From IMG/VR virus record IMGVR_UViG_3300031088_000735: a stretch of DNA of 64,000 nt. One strand, 5' to 3'. The translations under genes and the position numbers were made by a program. Below, one piece after another: positions 27,656-37,368 of the stretch. Each line of letters starts with the position of its first letter. Position 1 is the first letter of the stretch. Below the pieces are notes generated by a model. That model ran no database searches, was not told the DNA's origin, and saw nothing but the letters and a program-made list of their open reading frames with translations. Origin of the DNA: a virus. Its lineage: Duplodnaviria; Heunggongvirae; Uroviricota; Caudoviricetes.

Positions 27656-28159
27656 ATGCTGACCGCCATTAAAAATAAAGTTTTCTTAACGTTCCAAGCT
27701 CTCTTTCCGACTGAGCTTTATCAACTGTCGAAGGCGGCTGTTGACGCGGCTGAAAAGGAACGCCGTGTCCGTGAAAACGCGATTGAACATGAAACCTACA
27801 AGTTTCTTGTCAACAAACCCGTTATTGCTGTTGGCAATGATTGGTCGAATCCAGTTATCGGTATTGGACTAGAAGTGGTTGGTATTTCCAAAGCCAACAA
27901 TCCACGTCTGGTTATCAAGGACTATGTGACGGGTGAAGAAGTTATGCCGTTTGGTGCAGTAATGGGATACAACGAAACCCGTTTTGATGCTATCATGAAA
28001 CTGACCCCGGCTGAAATCACCAGCCTTGTTTATCGCCATTCGACACCACAAACCAATGTCAGTGATGAGCAAAAAGAAAAACGTGACTCGCGGGAAGTCA
28101 TCCTTGAAAAATTGACTACCAATGGGTTCTTTGAAGCCATCAAAAACCTGAAAGACTGA
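27656..28159 (+). CDS. hypothetical protein
   Basis: RBS ggag. Confidence 0.5.
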   Translation: MLTAIKNKVFLTFQALFPTELYQLSKAAVDAAEKERRVRENAIEHETYKFLVNKPVIAVGNDWSNPVIGIGLEVVGISKANNPRLVIKDYVTGEEVMPFGAVMGYNETRFDAIMKLTPAEITSLVYRHSTPQTNVSDEQKEKRDSREVILEKLTTNGFFEAIKNLKD

Positions 28160-28263
28160 CACGCTTCGGCGGATTTTTTCATTCTGTTACGAAAAAAGTG
28201 TTGTCAAAAAACAGTTTTTCTATTATAATCATTCCATCAAAACAAACATTGAAGGATTTAAAA

Positions 28264-28578
28264 ATGACCGGCCAAGTTCAACAAAAAGCTCAGTTCTATG
28301 TCACCGACACCTTGACCTCGACTAAGCGTCTTTGGGTCAATTATGACCCAGAAGTGAGTTGCAGCATTGGTGAAGAAGCAAAGCTGCTGAAATCTCAGTT
28401 TTACGCTCTGGATTGCATTTCTTGCTGGGGTGGTAGTGATAAGTCGGATGTATGCCGTGATGAAACAATCACGAAATCTTGGGAAATCCCGGCTGAATTC
28501 ATGCCAGCCGTTGAACATCTTCTGTTGAAGTTTCGCTGGGAACAAGATAATTTCTGGCAAAAGGCCGCAAAACAGTAA
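28264..28578 (+). CDS. hypothetical protein
   Basis: Promoter attataat; RBS aagga. Confidence 0.5.
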   Translation: MTGQVQQKAQFYVTDTLTSTKRLWVNYDPEVSCSIGEEAKLLKSQFYALDCISCWGGSDKSDVCRDETITKSWEIPAEFMPAVEHLLLKFRWEQDNFWQKAAKQ

Positions 28579-28638
28579 ACAGTCATTCAAACGACCCTGC
28601 TTATGTGGGGTTTTTTGTATTTTTAGAGGAATATTTTC

Positions 28639-28827
28639 ATGAATATCTGGACGAAAGATTATCCGAAAGAACCCGGTTATTACTGGATCAAACGTTCAAA
28701 TGGTTATAAGCAAATTGTTTATTTGTCCAAACATGATCTTGTTCATCAAATCGGCACTCGGGAATGTCTCTCAGCTTATTATGATATTCATGAATGGGGA
28801 TCAAAAATCTCTGAACCTGATGGTTGA
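28639..28827 (+). CDS. hypothetical protein
   Basis: RBS agagga. Confidence 0.45.
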   Translation: MNIWTKDYPKEPGYYWIKRSNGYKQIVYLSKHDLVHQIGTRECLSAYYDIHEWGSKISEPDG

Positions 28828-28907
28828 CCCACGCTTTTGTTGGTCTTTTTGCATTCAAAATTAAGTTTTTTGTTGTGTTTTGACGATTTGTTTGTTAAAC
28901 TACTCAA

Positions 28908-29321
28908 ATGCAATTAGGAATGACGACTATGTTTACCAACGATTTTTTAAATAGCCCAATGGGGCAGGCTGCAATGGATTACGCCGAACAGGTGTATGCA
29001 TCCAGTTACAAGGCCGAAGAATTCACCCTCGAAAATCAACCAGAAATGTTCGATGAACTGGTTTCCTATCACATGGAACCTGTCTACAAAATCGAACCTG
29101 TTGATCCTCTTTTCAAAGACGACGATGAGCGTTTTGATAGCCGTGATGAGCAAGATCTTGAAATCCTTCATGACGGTATGTCCCGTGAACAAGCCGAAGC
29201 AATGGTAAAGGTATCCACCTACGTTTGGTTGGTTAACTACAAAGGTGAAGGCGAAGGTTTTATGCTGAAAGAACTGTCAGCCAGTTTGAGCACCTACCAC
29301 GGAAAATGGGACTACTCTTGA
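28908..29321 (+). CDS. hypothetical strongly acidic protein (start ambiguous: 28908, 28920 or 28929)
   Basis: Asp/Glu-rich throughout. Confidence 0.5.
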   Translation: MQLGMTTMFTNDFLNSPMGQAAMDYAEQVYASSYKAEEFTLENQPEMFDELVSYHMEPVYKIEPVDPLFKDDDERFDSRDEQDLEILHDGMSREQAEAMVKVSTYVWLVNYKGEGEGFMLKELSASLSTYHGKWDYS

Positions 29322-29434
29322 TTTTAGTTAGTTTTCAAGAAAGCAATCTAGCGATAGGTTGCTTTTTTTTGTAAAAACATTGCCTAAAAAAACAGCTTTA
29401 TGGTATAATCTATAAAATTTAGAGGGTAACAGCG

Positions 29435-30013
29435 ATGAAAACTCATGCTATTTACAGCACCGCTCATGAACAATTGGCTCAAGAAGTCGGGATTGCTGTT
29501 GCTCGCAGCATGTTTAAAGATATGATGAACACGGCTTATCAGTCGTTCACGTTCTCTTGGGCGACATTTGGTCTTGTTGTCGCTGGTATGGCTTCAAACA
29601 AGCTGTTTATGTATTTTGGTAATCGCCCAGAAAACTACAAAGAGCTGCAGGCTATTACTGCAGAGACTTCCAAAATTGAGTGGGATATTTTGGTTGCAAA
29701 TGCTACCGAACCGTTGCCTGTCGCCACCTTTACTGTTGAACAAATGATCGACCATTTGAAACAACATTTCCATAGCTTCTACTCTATTTTGGAACGTGAT
29801 TTTGAACAGCAATACCTTGAAGATCATCCCAATTCGGCTGAACTGGACTGGAAGGTCGCTTTCAATCATCTACACACCTCTGTTTATGTCTACAACAAAG
29901 GGATTGAAAAACTTGAAGCCGTTGTGCGAGATAAAGCATTTTCGGTTGAAGATTCGAACACCATTGTTCAAGCGGTTCGACCTTATCTGAAACGATTGTA
30001 TGTCGAAGATTAA
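29435..30013 (+). CDS. hypothetical protein
   Basis: RBS agagggtaacagcg-ATG; promoter tggtataat. Confidence 0.5.
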   Translation: MKTHAIYSTAHEQLAQEVGIAVARSMFKDMMNTAYQSFTFSWATFGLVVAGMASNKLFMYFGNRPENYKELQAITAETSKIEWDILVANATEPLPVATFTVEQMIDHLKQHFHSFYSILERDFEQQYLEDHPNSAELDWKVAFNHLHTSVYVYNKGIEKLEAVVRDKAFSVEDSNTIVQAVRPYLKRLYVED

Positions 30014-30110
30014 CCAGATGACCTAGCTTCGGCTAGGTTTTTTGTTTTTATCATTGCTTATTTTTAAGTTTTTTGATATTATAGCTACCTACATTACAGA
30101 GGATACACAC

Positions 30111-30548
30111 ATGGGCGTCGGCAAATATTCTCCAACTGTCAGCACTTCTTACAGCCAAGACCAAGCATGGTATGAAAAGAATGGTGGTGGCTATGGTAAT
30201 GGCAAAGACCCTGAATCTGAGTACGATGATGATGGCTTCGATTCGTATGGCTATAACGCCGATGATCGTGACCGTGCAGGGCATCACGAAAATGATTATT
30301 CAGCCAGCTCTGAATGGGATGGTGAATCAGTATATTATCCACTTGCTGAGTCTATTGAATCAGAATGGAGTGGTCGCAACATTTTGGCTATGCGTAAAGC
30401 CCGTGAAGATGCCGCCGCCGATCCAAAAATGACAGAAGCCTTCCGTCAACTGGCCGAAGTTCAAGATATTCTCCGAAAGGCTGCTGCTATGGAGCGTAGC
30501 TTGAAAGCTGACATTAAAAAGGCTTATCCTAACCTTCTACTGGATTGA
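30111..30548 (+). CDS. acidic protein with conserved N-terminal MGVGKYSPTVS module, paralog A
   Basis: First ~70 aa (MGVGKYSPTVS.SYS.DQ.W.EKNGGG.GNG...S.YDD.G.DSYGY...DRDRAG) shared with 30659..31231; C-termini unrelated. Confidence 0.55.
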   Translation: MGVGKYSPTVSTSYSQDQAWYEKNGGGYGNGKDPESEYDDDGFDSYGYNADDRDRAGHHENDYSASSEWDGESVYYPLAESIESEWSGRNILAMRKAREDAAADPKMTEAFRQLAEVQDILRKAAAMERSLKADIKKAYPNLLLD

Positions 30549-30658
30549 TTTCTTCAATCTGCTTAAAAGCCTAGCTCATGCTAGGTTTTTTTGTTTTGTG
30601 GGTTGATTATTTTTCAGTTTTTTGATACTATGTCAATCTAAATTAAGAGGGCCAAGAA

Positions 30659-31231
30659 ATGGGCGTGGGAAAATACTCTCCAACTGTTAGTAACGCATAC
30701 AGTAAAGATCAAGAATGGTTTGAAAAAAACGGTGGCGGCTTTGGTAACGGGCTAATTCCAGATTCTCAGTATGATGATCAGGGCTACGATTCGTATGGCT
30801 ATTCTGGTTATACTGACCGAGATCGTGCAGGCTATACCGAAAGTGATTACTTGAATGATTCCATTGACGATAATAAGCGTGGGATCTATGACCGTGTGCG
30901 AGGCATTTGGGATACCTACAATGCTCCTACCATTCTTGACCTTGCAGCCATGATTCAAATGAAAAATGAAAACGACAAAGAGTTTGCTTTTCATTATTCG
31001 AAACTGATGACCGTTATCAATATTTATGAAGCGGCCAGTCTAGCACGTCATCAACTCGATGAAGTCTTCAAAGCAACTGTTGGTAATCAACCCGACTCTA
31101 TTTATGAAGCTGAATTCAAGGCTTTTTTCACTGAAATTGCTCGTAATATTCAAGTTCATAGCGTATTTCTTGAAGAATTTTATGAAAAGTTTCTGTCAGA
31201 TTTTGCACAGCTTCAAAAATCATTTAAATAA
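30659..31231 (+). CDS. acidic protein with conserved N-terminal MGVGKYSPTVS module, paralog B
   Basis: As above; promoter and terminator are also duplicated. Confidence 0.55.
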   Translation: MGVGKYSPTVSNAYSKDQEWFEKNGGGFGNGLIPDSQYDDQGYDSYGYSGYTDRDRAGYTESDYLNDSIDDNKRGIYDRVRGIWDTYNAPTILDLAAMIQMKNENDKEFAFHYSKLMTVINIYEAASLARHQLDEVFKATVGNQPDSIYEAEFKAFFTEIARNIQVHSVFLEEFYEKFLSDFAQLQKSFK

Positions 31232-31307
31232 CAAATTTTACGAAATAAAGTTTGTTATGCTTGGTCAACAATGCTATAATCAATTCTCAATTTAAAGAGG
31301 TATCATC

Positions 31308-31541
31308 ATGAAACAACAAATGAAAGAAGATTTGGCTGAATCCCAATCGGAATCGACTGTTGAAGCGAAAGCCGTAGCTTTGCTGATGGCTCGCAATGAA
31401 CGCCTGACTTCTCTGCTGGGTTGCCTTGTGGAAAGCATTACTGCTGACACCCAAGGGAAAGAAATCAGTGAACAACTGAAAGCTGACCTTGATCTGGCAA
31501 ATCAAACGCTGGATGAATACGAACAAACCCCGCTTTATTAA
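31308..31541 (+). CDS. hypothetical protein
   Basis: RBS agaggt. Confidence 0.45.
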   Translation: MKQQMKEDLAESQSESTVEAKAVALLMARNERLTSLLGCLVESITADTQGKEISEQLKADLDLANQTLDEYEQTPLY

Positions 31542-31613
31542 TCAATAAAGCTTGTTTCAATAGGTAATAACTGTTACACTCACTTCTCAATCGAAACCCT
31601 AAAAGGAAACTTT

Positions 31614-32462
31614 ATGATTAAAAAGATTTTTGCTTCACTGTTTTTGTTGGCCTGTGTGGCATTGACAGGTTGCACTGAAACAGTCCCTGCTGGTTATGTG
31701 GGTGTTGTTGAAAAACATCCCTACTTTACGACTGGTGGTGTTGATAAAGAAGTTTACAAAGGTGGTGACCGCTACTTTATGGCATGGACTTCTACAATGT
31801 ACCTTTACGACATTAAGCCCATCCAGAAAGAAGAGGCATTTGATAATCTAGCGACTATCAAAAGCACTCCTGTAGACTTTAAAGCAGTTGTTCGTTATGA
31901 ATTGATCCCCGAGCGTGCGAACGAGTATCATGCAAAGTTCGGTGATGATATGTATGACAATAACCTGAAAAAAGACTTTCAAAATATGTTGCGTGACTTC
32001 ACTCGACAAAACACTGTTCAACAGTTGACTACAGACCAGTCTGTTACTGACAAAGGTGAGGATCTGGTTTATCAGAAAATGGTTGATATTGTTGTAGCAA
32101 AAGGTATTCCAATTCGTATTCTTGCAGTCACTATCGGTGCAATTATGCCACCAGATGATGTGCTTGCTGAATCGTCTCGGACAGAGGCTCAGGCTCAACG
32201 TGCATTGACTGAAAAAGCTCGTGCTGGTGCTGAATCAGACCGAAAACAAGCTGAAAAGAATAAAGCTCTTGCTGACAAGGCTTACATGGCAGAAATGAAT
32301 ATGACTCCATCGGAATATCTGAAAGGCCGAGAAATCGAAATCCAGAAAGAAATTGTTGAAGTGGTCAAAAAGAAAGACAATGTGAACATGCTGGTTGTTG
32401 TAGGTGGTGCTCTTCCACAGGGGGTTACGGTTCCACAGCCGGTAGTCCAACCAAAGCAATAA
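31614..32462 (+). CDS. SPFH / band-7 (stomatin-prohibitin-HflK/C-like) domain lipoprotein
   Basis: Lipobox LTG-C; GIPIRILAVTIGAIMPPDDVLAESSRTEAQAQRALTEKARAGAESDRKQAEK matches the SPFH core and its coiled-coil tail. Confidence 0.6.
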   Translation: MIKKIFASLFLLACVALTGCTETVPAGYVGVVEKHPYFTTGGVDKEVYKGGDRYFMAWTSTMYLYDIKPIQKEEAFDNLATIKSTPVDFKAVVRYELIPERANEYHAKFGDDMYDNNLKKDFQNMLRDFTRQNTVQQLTTDQSVTDKGEDLVYQKMVDIVVAKGIPIRILAVTIGAIMPPDDVLAESSRTEAQAQRALTEKARAGAESDRKQAEKNKALADKAYMAEMNMTPSEYLKGREIEIQKEIVEVVKKKDNVNMLVVVGGALPQGVTVPQPVVQPKQ

Positions 32463-32595
32463 AGCAACACAAATAAAAAGGCCACTAGTTGGCCTTTTTT
32501 GTTATCCTCAATTTTAATAATGTTAAATTTAATATTAATTGCACAGTCAGGTCAATTATTGTATAATGCTTTATCTAACGAAATTGGAGATTGTC

Positions 32596-33171
32596 ATGGG
32601 TGCTCAAGTCTTTCAACGCTCTTGGTTTGGCCTTGATGCTAAAATTGCTTACAAAGAAGCCGTAGATGAAGCTGTTTATGATGGTCTTCATCCAAACGCT
32701 TTGCATGGTAAAGGTGGATTGAGCCGTGTAATCCTTCCAGCTAAGGTTAAAGATGAAGTAGCCGCTTACGAGCATATTGATAAACTTCTGGATCAGAATG
32801 CCTACAATGACAAATGGGGCAGTATGTTTTATGTGGAAATTCCCAACGCAGCGATCAAAGAAGTTTCGGTCATTTCGGGTGTAAAGACCATCAAGAATGA
32901 AAAGAAAGGTGTCAAAAAATGGATTAATGTCATCACCGTAAAATTCCACATTCCTTGTGAAAACAATCACCAAGAAAAAGAATTTACCGATAAGAAAGCC
33001 GCGACCGACTTTGCAAAAGAAAAAGTGCTGCAGGGTTTTTATGTCAACCTTGAAAACAGCAAGAAGCTCTCCGATCCGGGATTGGCGAACATCTGCAAAA
33101 TGGAACCCACTTACAAGCGAGTGAAGCAAAAGCAAAGCCTCTTCATTTTCTTTGGTTTTTATCCAACATAA
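32596..33171 (+). CDS. hypothetical protein
   Basis: RBS ggaga; promoter ttgtataat. Confidence 0.5.
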   Translation: MGAQVFQRSWFGLDAKIAYKEAVDEAVYDGLHPNALHGKGGLSRVILPAKVKDEVAAYEHIDKLLDQNAYNDKWGSMFYVEIPNAAIKEVSVISGVKTIKNEKKGVKKWINVITVKFHIPCENNHQEKEFTDKKAATDFAKEKVLQGFYVNLENSKKLSDPGLANICKMEPTYKRVKQKQSLFIFFGFYPT

Positions 33172-33231
33172 GTTGTCATTTTACAGGTTTTCGAGTATAA
33201 TCAAGCCATACCTATTAAGAGGAACATTTCC

Positions 33232-33489
33232 ATGAAAGATGAACTGATGACCCCAGCCGAAAGTGTGATCGATGAAGCCGAAGATATGATCCGTCTGGTC
33301 ATGCAAAAAGCCAAAGGCAATCTGGAAAAGGCTGTTGCTTCGGGTGCTCTCAATATCACCGACGACTCGTCCGAACATCTCTTGCAAGGTAAAATCGTTG
33401 CAAAAGCGGTATTGCTTGACGCCATTGATGAATGGCTCACGCTGGGCAACAAAGAAAAAGAAGTCAAAAATCTTCGCAAGATGATTTGA
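33232..33489 (+). CDS. hypothetical protein
   Basis: RBS agagga. Confidence 0.45.
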   Translation: MKDELMTPAESVIDEAEDMIRLVMQKAKGNLEKAVASGALNITDDSSEHLLQGKIVAKAVLLDAIDEWLTLGNKEKEVKNLRKMI

Positions 33490-33612
33490 TTGTTTCAGCA
33501 TTGAAAAGGCAGTCTTCGGACTGCTTTTTTTATTTTTCTTGCAGATAAATGTTGTTTTTGATTACTCACCTTGCTATAATGGCTTCATCAAATCAAAGGG
33601 GTTCAAAAAATC

Positions 33613-33891
33613 ATGACTATCACTACCGTAACCATCAGTTTCCAAGTGGAATCCGAATTGCGTGAAGATACCAGTGACTTTTTTCATATCGACGCTGAAA
33701 TCCATCATAAAAACGTGTATGAGTTTCAAGTGTTGAGCTATGACAAAGACCGCAAAAAATGTGTGGCTGAACTCTACCTACACAGCCCTGTTGACGAAAC
33801 CAAGCTAGATACCCTGTTTGATGGCTCTCGCCTGTCGGTTAGCGTGGATTGCCGTGAAGTTGCGTTCTCTGGTCTGACCGTCAAGGCTTAA
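33613..33891 (+). CDS. hypothetical protein
   Basis: Promoter ttgctataat. Confidence 0.45.
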   Translation: MTITTVTISFQVESELREDTSDFFHIDAEIHHKNVYEFQVLSYDKDRKKCVAELYLHSPVDETKLDTLFDGSRLSVSVDCREVAFSGLTVKA

Positions 33892-34017
33892 TTTCCAGCG
33901 GTTACAAGAAGCAGTCTTCGGACTGCTTTTTTATTTTCAAAAATCAGTTTTTTGTGTTGTCCTCCTTGTTGTTTTCTAGTATAATACATCTACTTTAACC
34001 GAACAGAGAATTTACCA

Positions 34018-35142
34018 ATGTCGAACATTTTCCCCCGTATCGAAACCCTTGGTGATATGCTCCCCCATATTCAAGACCTTGCTTACATTTCCGTGAACCC
34101 ACAGGAAAACGGTGCAAGCATTGTTTGCTACAACATCAGCAACGGTGAATCTTTCCGTTCGCCAGTCGAAAAAGAAGCCCGTGGCATCACCTTCGATGAT
34201 ACTGGCAAGATCTTGTCTCGCCCCTTGCACAAGTTCTTCAACCTTGCCGAACGTGCCGAAGTTCAACCAGCAGTTCTGGACTGGTCGAAGATGGTAGCAG
34301 GTTTTGACAAAATGGATGGTTCGATGATTTCGACCGGGATCTACAAAGGCCAGTTCTTTGCAAAATCCAAAAAGTCTTTCAAGTCTGATGTGGCTGTTTC
34401 AGCCGAAGGATTTGTGTCGAAGAACCAGAAGTATTACGAGTTCACTCAGTATTGCTCTCAGGCAAACTTTACGCCAATCTTTGAGTTTACTTCGCCAAAA
34501 CACCGTATCGTTTTGCGTTATGACGACGAGAACATGACTTTGCTGCATGTTCGTCACAACATTACCGGCGAATACCTCATGCCAGCCGAAAAAGAAGCCT
34601 TGGCTATGCGGTTTGATATTCCAGTCAATAAGCCTCTTTTTGGTGAAGAATTTGACTTGGCAAGCTTGTTGAAGAACCTCAATACTGTTGAAGGCATTGA
34701 AGGTTATGTCATTCAGTTTGCAAATGGTGAAATGATCAAAATCAAAACCAAATGGTATATGAATCTCCACCATGCGGTCAGCTTTGTTCGTGAGCGTGAC
34801 ATTGCTCGGTTGGTGGTCGAAGAGAAATTGGACGACTACATTGCTTATGTGTCGCTTAACTCGCCATCGGCTGATTTGAGCAACATCTATCGTATCAATG
34901 ACGCTATCAAGGCTGAAATTGAACGCATGTCCAATGAAATTGACGGTATCGCGGCTGAATTTAAAGGGGTTGATTTCAAAACTGCAGCAATTCAACTCAA
35001 AGGCCATCCGCATTTCAGCTTTGTGATGTGTTCGCTTCGCGGGATGAAAAACGATTACTTGTCGCATTATGGTAAAAATCGTCTGGTCGCTGACTGGTCT
35101 TTGGAACAGATTGACTTGGGCGACTTGTCGGCACCAGTCTAA
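34018..35142 (+). CDS. RNA ligase, Rnl1 family (tRNA repair ligase), paralog A
   Basis: Motif I K-MDGS (cf. T4 Rnl1 KEDGS), RPLHKFFNL (T4 RPMEKFFNL), FEFTSPKHRIVL (T4 FEFVAPTNRIVL), HNITGEY, IEGYV, KIKTKWY. 374 aa as in T4 Rnl1. Confidence 0.75.
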   Translation: MSNIFPRIETLGDMLPHIQDLAYISVNPQENGASIVCYNISNGESFRSPVEKEARGITFDDTGKILSRPLHKFFNLAERAEVQPAVLDWSKMVAGFDKMDGSMISTGIYKGQFFAKSKKSFKSDVAVSAEGFVSKNQKYYEFTQYCSQANFTPIFEFTSPKHRIVLRYDDENMTLLHVRHNITGEYLMPAEKEALAMRFDIPVNKPLFGEEFDLASLLKNLNTVEGIEGYVIQFANGEMIKIKTKWYMNLHHAVSFVRERDIARLVVEEKLDDYIAYVSLNSPSADLSNIYRINDAIKAEIERMSNEIDGIAAEFKGVDFKTAAIQLKGHPHFSFVMCSLRGMKNDYLSHYGKNRLVADWSLEQIDLGDLSAPV

Positions 35143-35275
35143 ACAGTAATCGTAAAAGAAAAGCCCTATATGTGTAGGGCTTTTTGTTTTAACAAATTTG
35201 AAAAATGTCATTTTTGTTGTTGATGTAGTATAGACATTCATGTATAATCACTCTATCAAAACAGAGGTTTATCTC

Positions 35276-35659
35276 ATGAAAAACATCCGCGAAAAAGCTG
35301 CAACCGTAGACATTACCAGCAAAGGTTTTCTTGATTTCACGGCTCCTTTTCGTATCGGTCAACAATCTGTTGTTTGCTGGTCTTTGGTTGAAGATGGTTC
35401 GTGCAGCATCGAAGAGACTTTGGCGTGCCCGCCTAACTTTAAACTGGTTGCTCAAATGTTTCCAGACGTTTCGGCAGTTACCATGATGGGGTTGGCTGAA
35501 CAGTTGCGTGGTCTTTTCAATTCGTGGTGGATAACCGAAGAACCAGAAGCATACTCTGACCCGGAACGCACCTACTCTCGCTTTACTGCCACCATCGACT
35601 ACACGCGGTTGTATGCCTTCTATCTTGAACAGAAAAAAGCGATGAAAGCTGTCGCGTAA
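35276..35659 (+). CDS. hypothetical protein (between the two RNA ligases)
   Basis: Promoter catgtataat; RBS gagg. Confidence 0.5.
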   Translation: MKNIREKAATVDITSKGFLDFTAPFRIGQQSVVCWSLVEDGSCSIEETLACPPNFKLVAQMFPDVSAVTMMGLAEQLRGLFNSWWITEEPEAYSDPERTYSRFTATIDYTRLYAFYLEQKKAMKAVA

Positions 35660-35752
35660 CGAATCGAATAAAAAGGCAGTCTTTGACTGTCTTTTTCGTT
35701 GTGCAAAAACGATATTTCAGGTATCATTGCTTGATTAACCCAAGAGGTGTTT

Positions 35753-36097
35753 ATGACTAAATTTCGAATTACTTATGACGCAGTGAACGGCGACCCTACT
35801 CAGGATGGCTTGTGTGCTAAGCTGGTTGATGAGTTAATTGCATTGGGAAAGGAAAACGGTTTGATTGAACTTGATTATTCTACTTCAAGTTCAGCCGTGA
35901 TCACTGCTTTTCGTTTAGCTGTAGCAGAAGAAAAAATTGCTGTTGTTGATGTTGTTTTCATTTTCGAAGGACAAGAAATCATAATGGACAATAATTTCGA
36001 ATTGTCCGCATGGCCGCTTGGTTTTGCTGACCCGCAAGGATCTATGCTCACTAAAATTATGCAGCTTCGTCGGAATGCTCGAAAAGAGTTGCTTTAA
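35753..36097 (+). CDS. hypothetical protein (between the two RNA ligases)
   Basis: RBS agagg. Confidence 0.5.
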   Translation: MTKFRITYDAVNGDPTQDGLCAKLVDELIALGKENGLIELDYSTSSSAVITAFRLAVAEEKIAVVDVVFIFEGQEIIMDNNFELSAWPLGFADPQGSMLTKIMQLRRNARKELL

Positions 36098-36146
36098 AAA
36101 CCGTTTTTTGTTATCATGAACGCCGAAAATTATCTTGGAGATTTAA

Positions 36147-37268
36147 ATGACTTATCAAAAAACACTTTATGACCAACTGATGAATCTGTTGGTGACTAAT
36201 CCGGGGTCTTTTAAATACCGTGATGAAATTTCGGCTGTTGATGGCGGGACTTATCGTGTCTTCAACTATGACATTCCTAAACACTCCGAATTCAAACTGC
36301 CCGGTGCCAAAGATTGCCGTGGCGTGATGTTCTACATGGGCGGGGACGAACCGCAACTTGTGGCATTGCCTATGCAGAAATTTTTCTCGCTGGGTGAAAC
36401 GCCAGAAACTCAGAAAATCAAACCAGAAGAAGCTGACTTTGCTTATTTGAAGCCGGATGGTTCTTTGCTGACCAGTTATGTGTCTCCGATTAACGATACG
36501 CTTTACTACAAGAGCAAAAAGAAGCCAACTTTTGCCGATTATGACCTTGTGGAAAAGTCTATCAGTCCAGCCCTGCACGCAGACATTGAACGTCTGACCC
36601 GCACTGGCGTTTCGGTTGACTTGGAACTGACCACGCCTAAAAACCGAGTGTTCATCGAATACACTGATTATGGCGTTCATGTCTTGAAAGCCCGTGATAT
36701 GAACACAGGTGAATATGTGGATATTCGTTCTGATACCTTTGCGGCTGAATACCCGGTGATTGCGGCTCATTTGGTGAAACGTATCCCTATCAATGAAATC
36801 AACGTTAATGACCCTGAAATCGAAGGGTATGTGGTTGAGTTTGGCCCAGACATGTATAAGGTGAAGACGATTCCTTACCTGAAAATGTCGGCGGTTATCA
36901 ACATTCAAGATCGTTCCAAAGAACGTCAAGTTATTTATGAAGCTACCATTCATGAAATTCTGGATGAAATCCGCTCTTTGTATAACTACCGGACACACAG
37001 CGAGAATTTCCCTCTGGCTGAAATCTTGGCCCGTTTGGACGAAGTTGAAGACTACGCCCGTAAAAGCTACCATTACCTTGTTCGCACTGTTGAAAGCTTC
37101 TACGAAGAACACAAAGGTCTTGAACGTGGTGATTACGCTCGCAAAGCCAAAGAAGTGGCTCCACTTTTACTGCATGTCTTGATCAGTAAGTATTCGGGTG
37201 ATGAAATTGATTACAAGCAAGCGGCCATCATGGTGTTTGCTCGTAAGCAAGTCGCCATTCCAGAATAA
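36147..37268 (+). CDS. RNA ligase, Rnl1 family, paralog B
   Basis: GTYRVFNYD, CRGVMF, PMQKFFSLGE, K-PDGSL, TPKNRVFIEY, MNTGEYV, IEGYVV, KVKTIPY follow T4 Rnl1 motif order. 373 aa. Confidence 0.8.
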   Translation: MTYQKTLYDQLMNLLVTNPGSFKYRDEISAVDGGTYRVFNYDIPKHSEFKLPGAKDCRGVMFYMGGDEPQLVALPMQKFFSLGETPETQKIKPEEADFAYLKPDGSLLTSYVSPINDTLYYKSKKKPTFADYDLVEKSISPALHADIERLTRTGVSVDLELTTPKNRVFIEYTDYGVHVLKARDMNTGEYVDIRSDTFAAEYPVIAAHLVKRIPINEINVNDPEIEGYVVEFGPDMYKVKTIPYLKMSAVINIQDRSKERQVIYEATIHEILDEIRSLYNYRTHSENFPLAEILARLDEVEDYARKSYHYLVRTVESFYEEHKGLERGDYARKAKEVAPLLLHVLISKYSGDEIDYKQAAIMVFARKQVAIPE

Positions 37269-37368
37269 GCAGTGTTTTTGAAAAACGGCCCTAGTTTCTA
37301 GGGCTTTTTTGTTTACACAGATTCTGTTTTTTGATATACTTTGATTACGAAAAAATCAGGAGAATTCA

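Noticed and set aside
34399-35241. 280-aa minus-strand ORF (also 36114..37112, 41213..41977, 43064..43795, 44360..44872, 49557..50228, 25772..26269, 32575..33135 minus)
   Set aside because: Each lies antisense to a + strand gene with recognisable motifs (Rnl1, Nudix and others) or good translation signals. No RBS or promoter on the minus strand.
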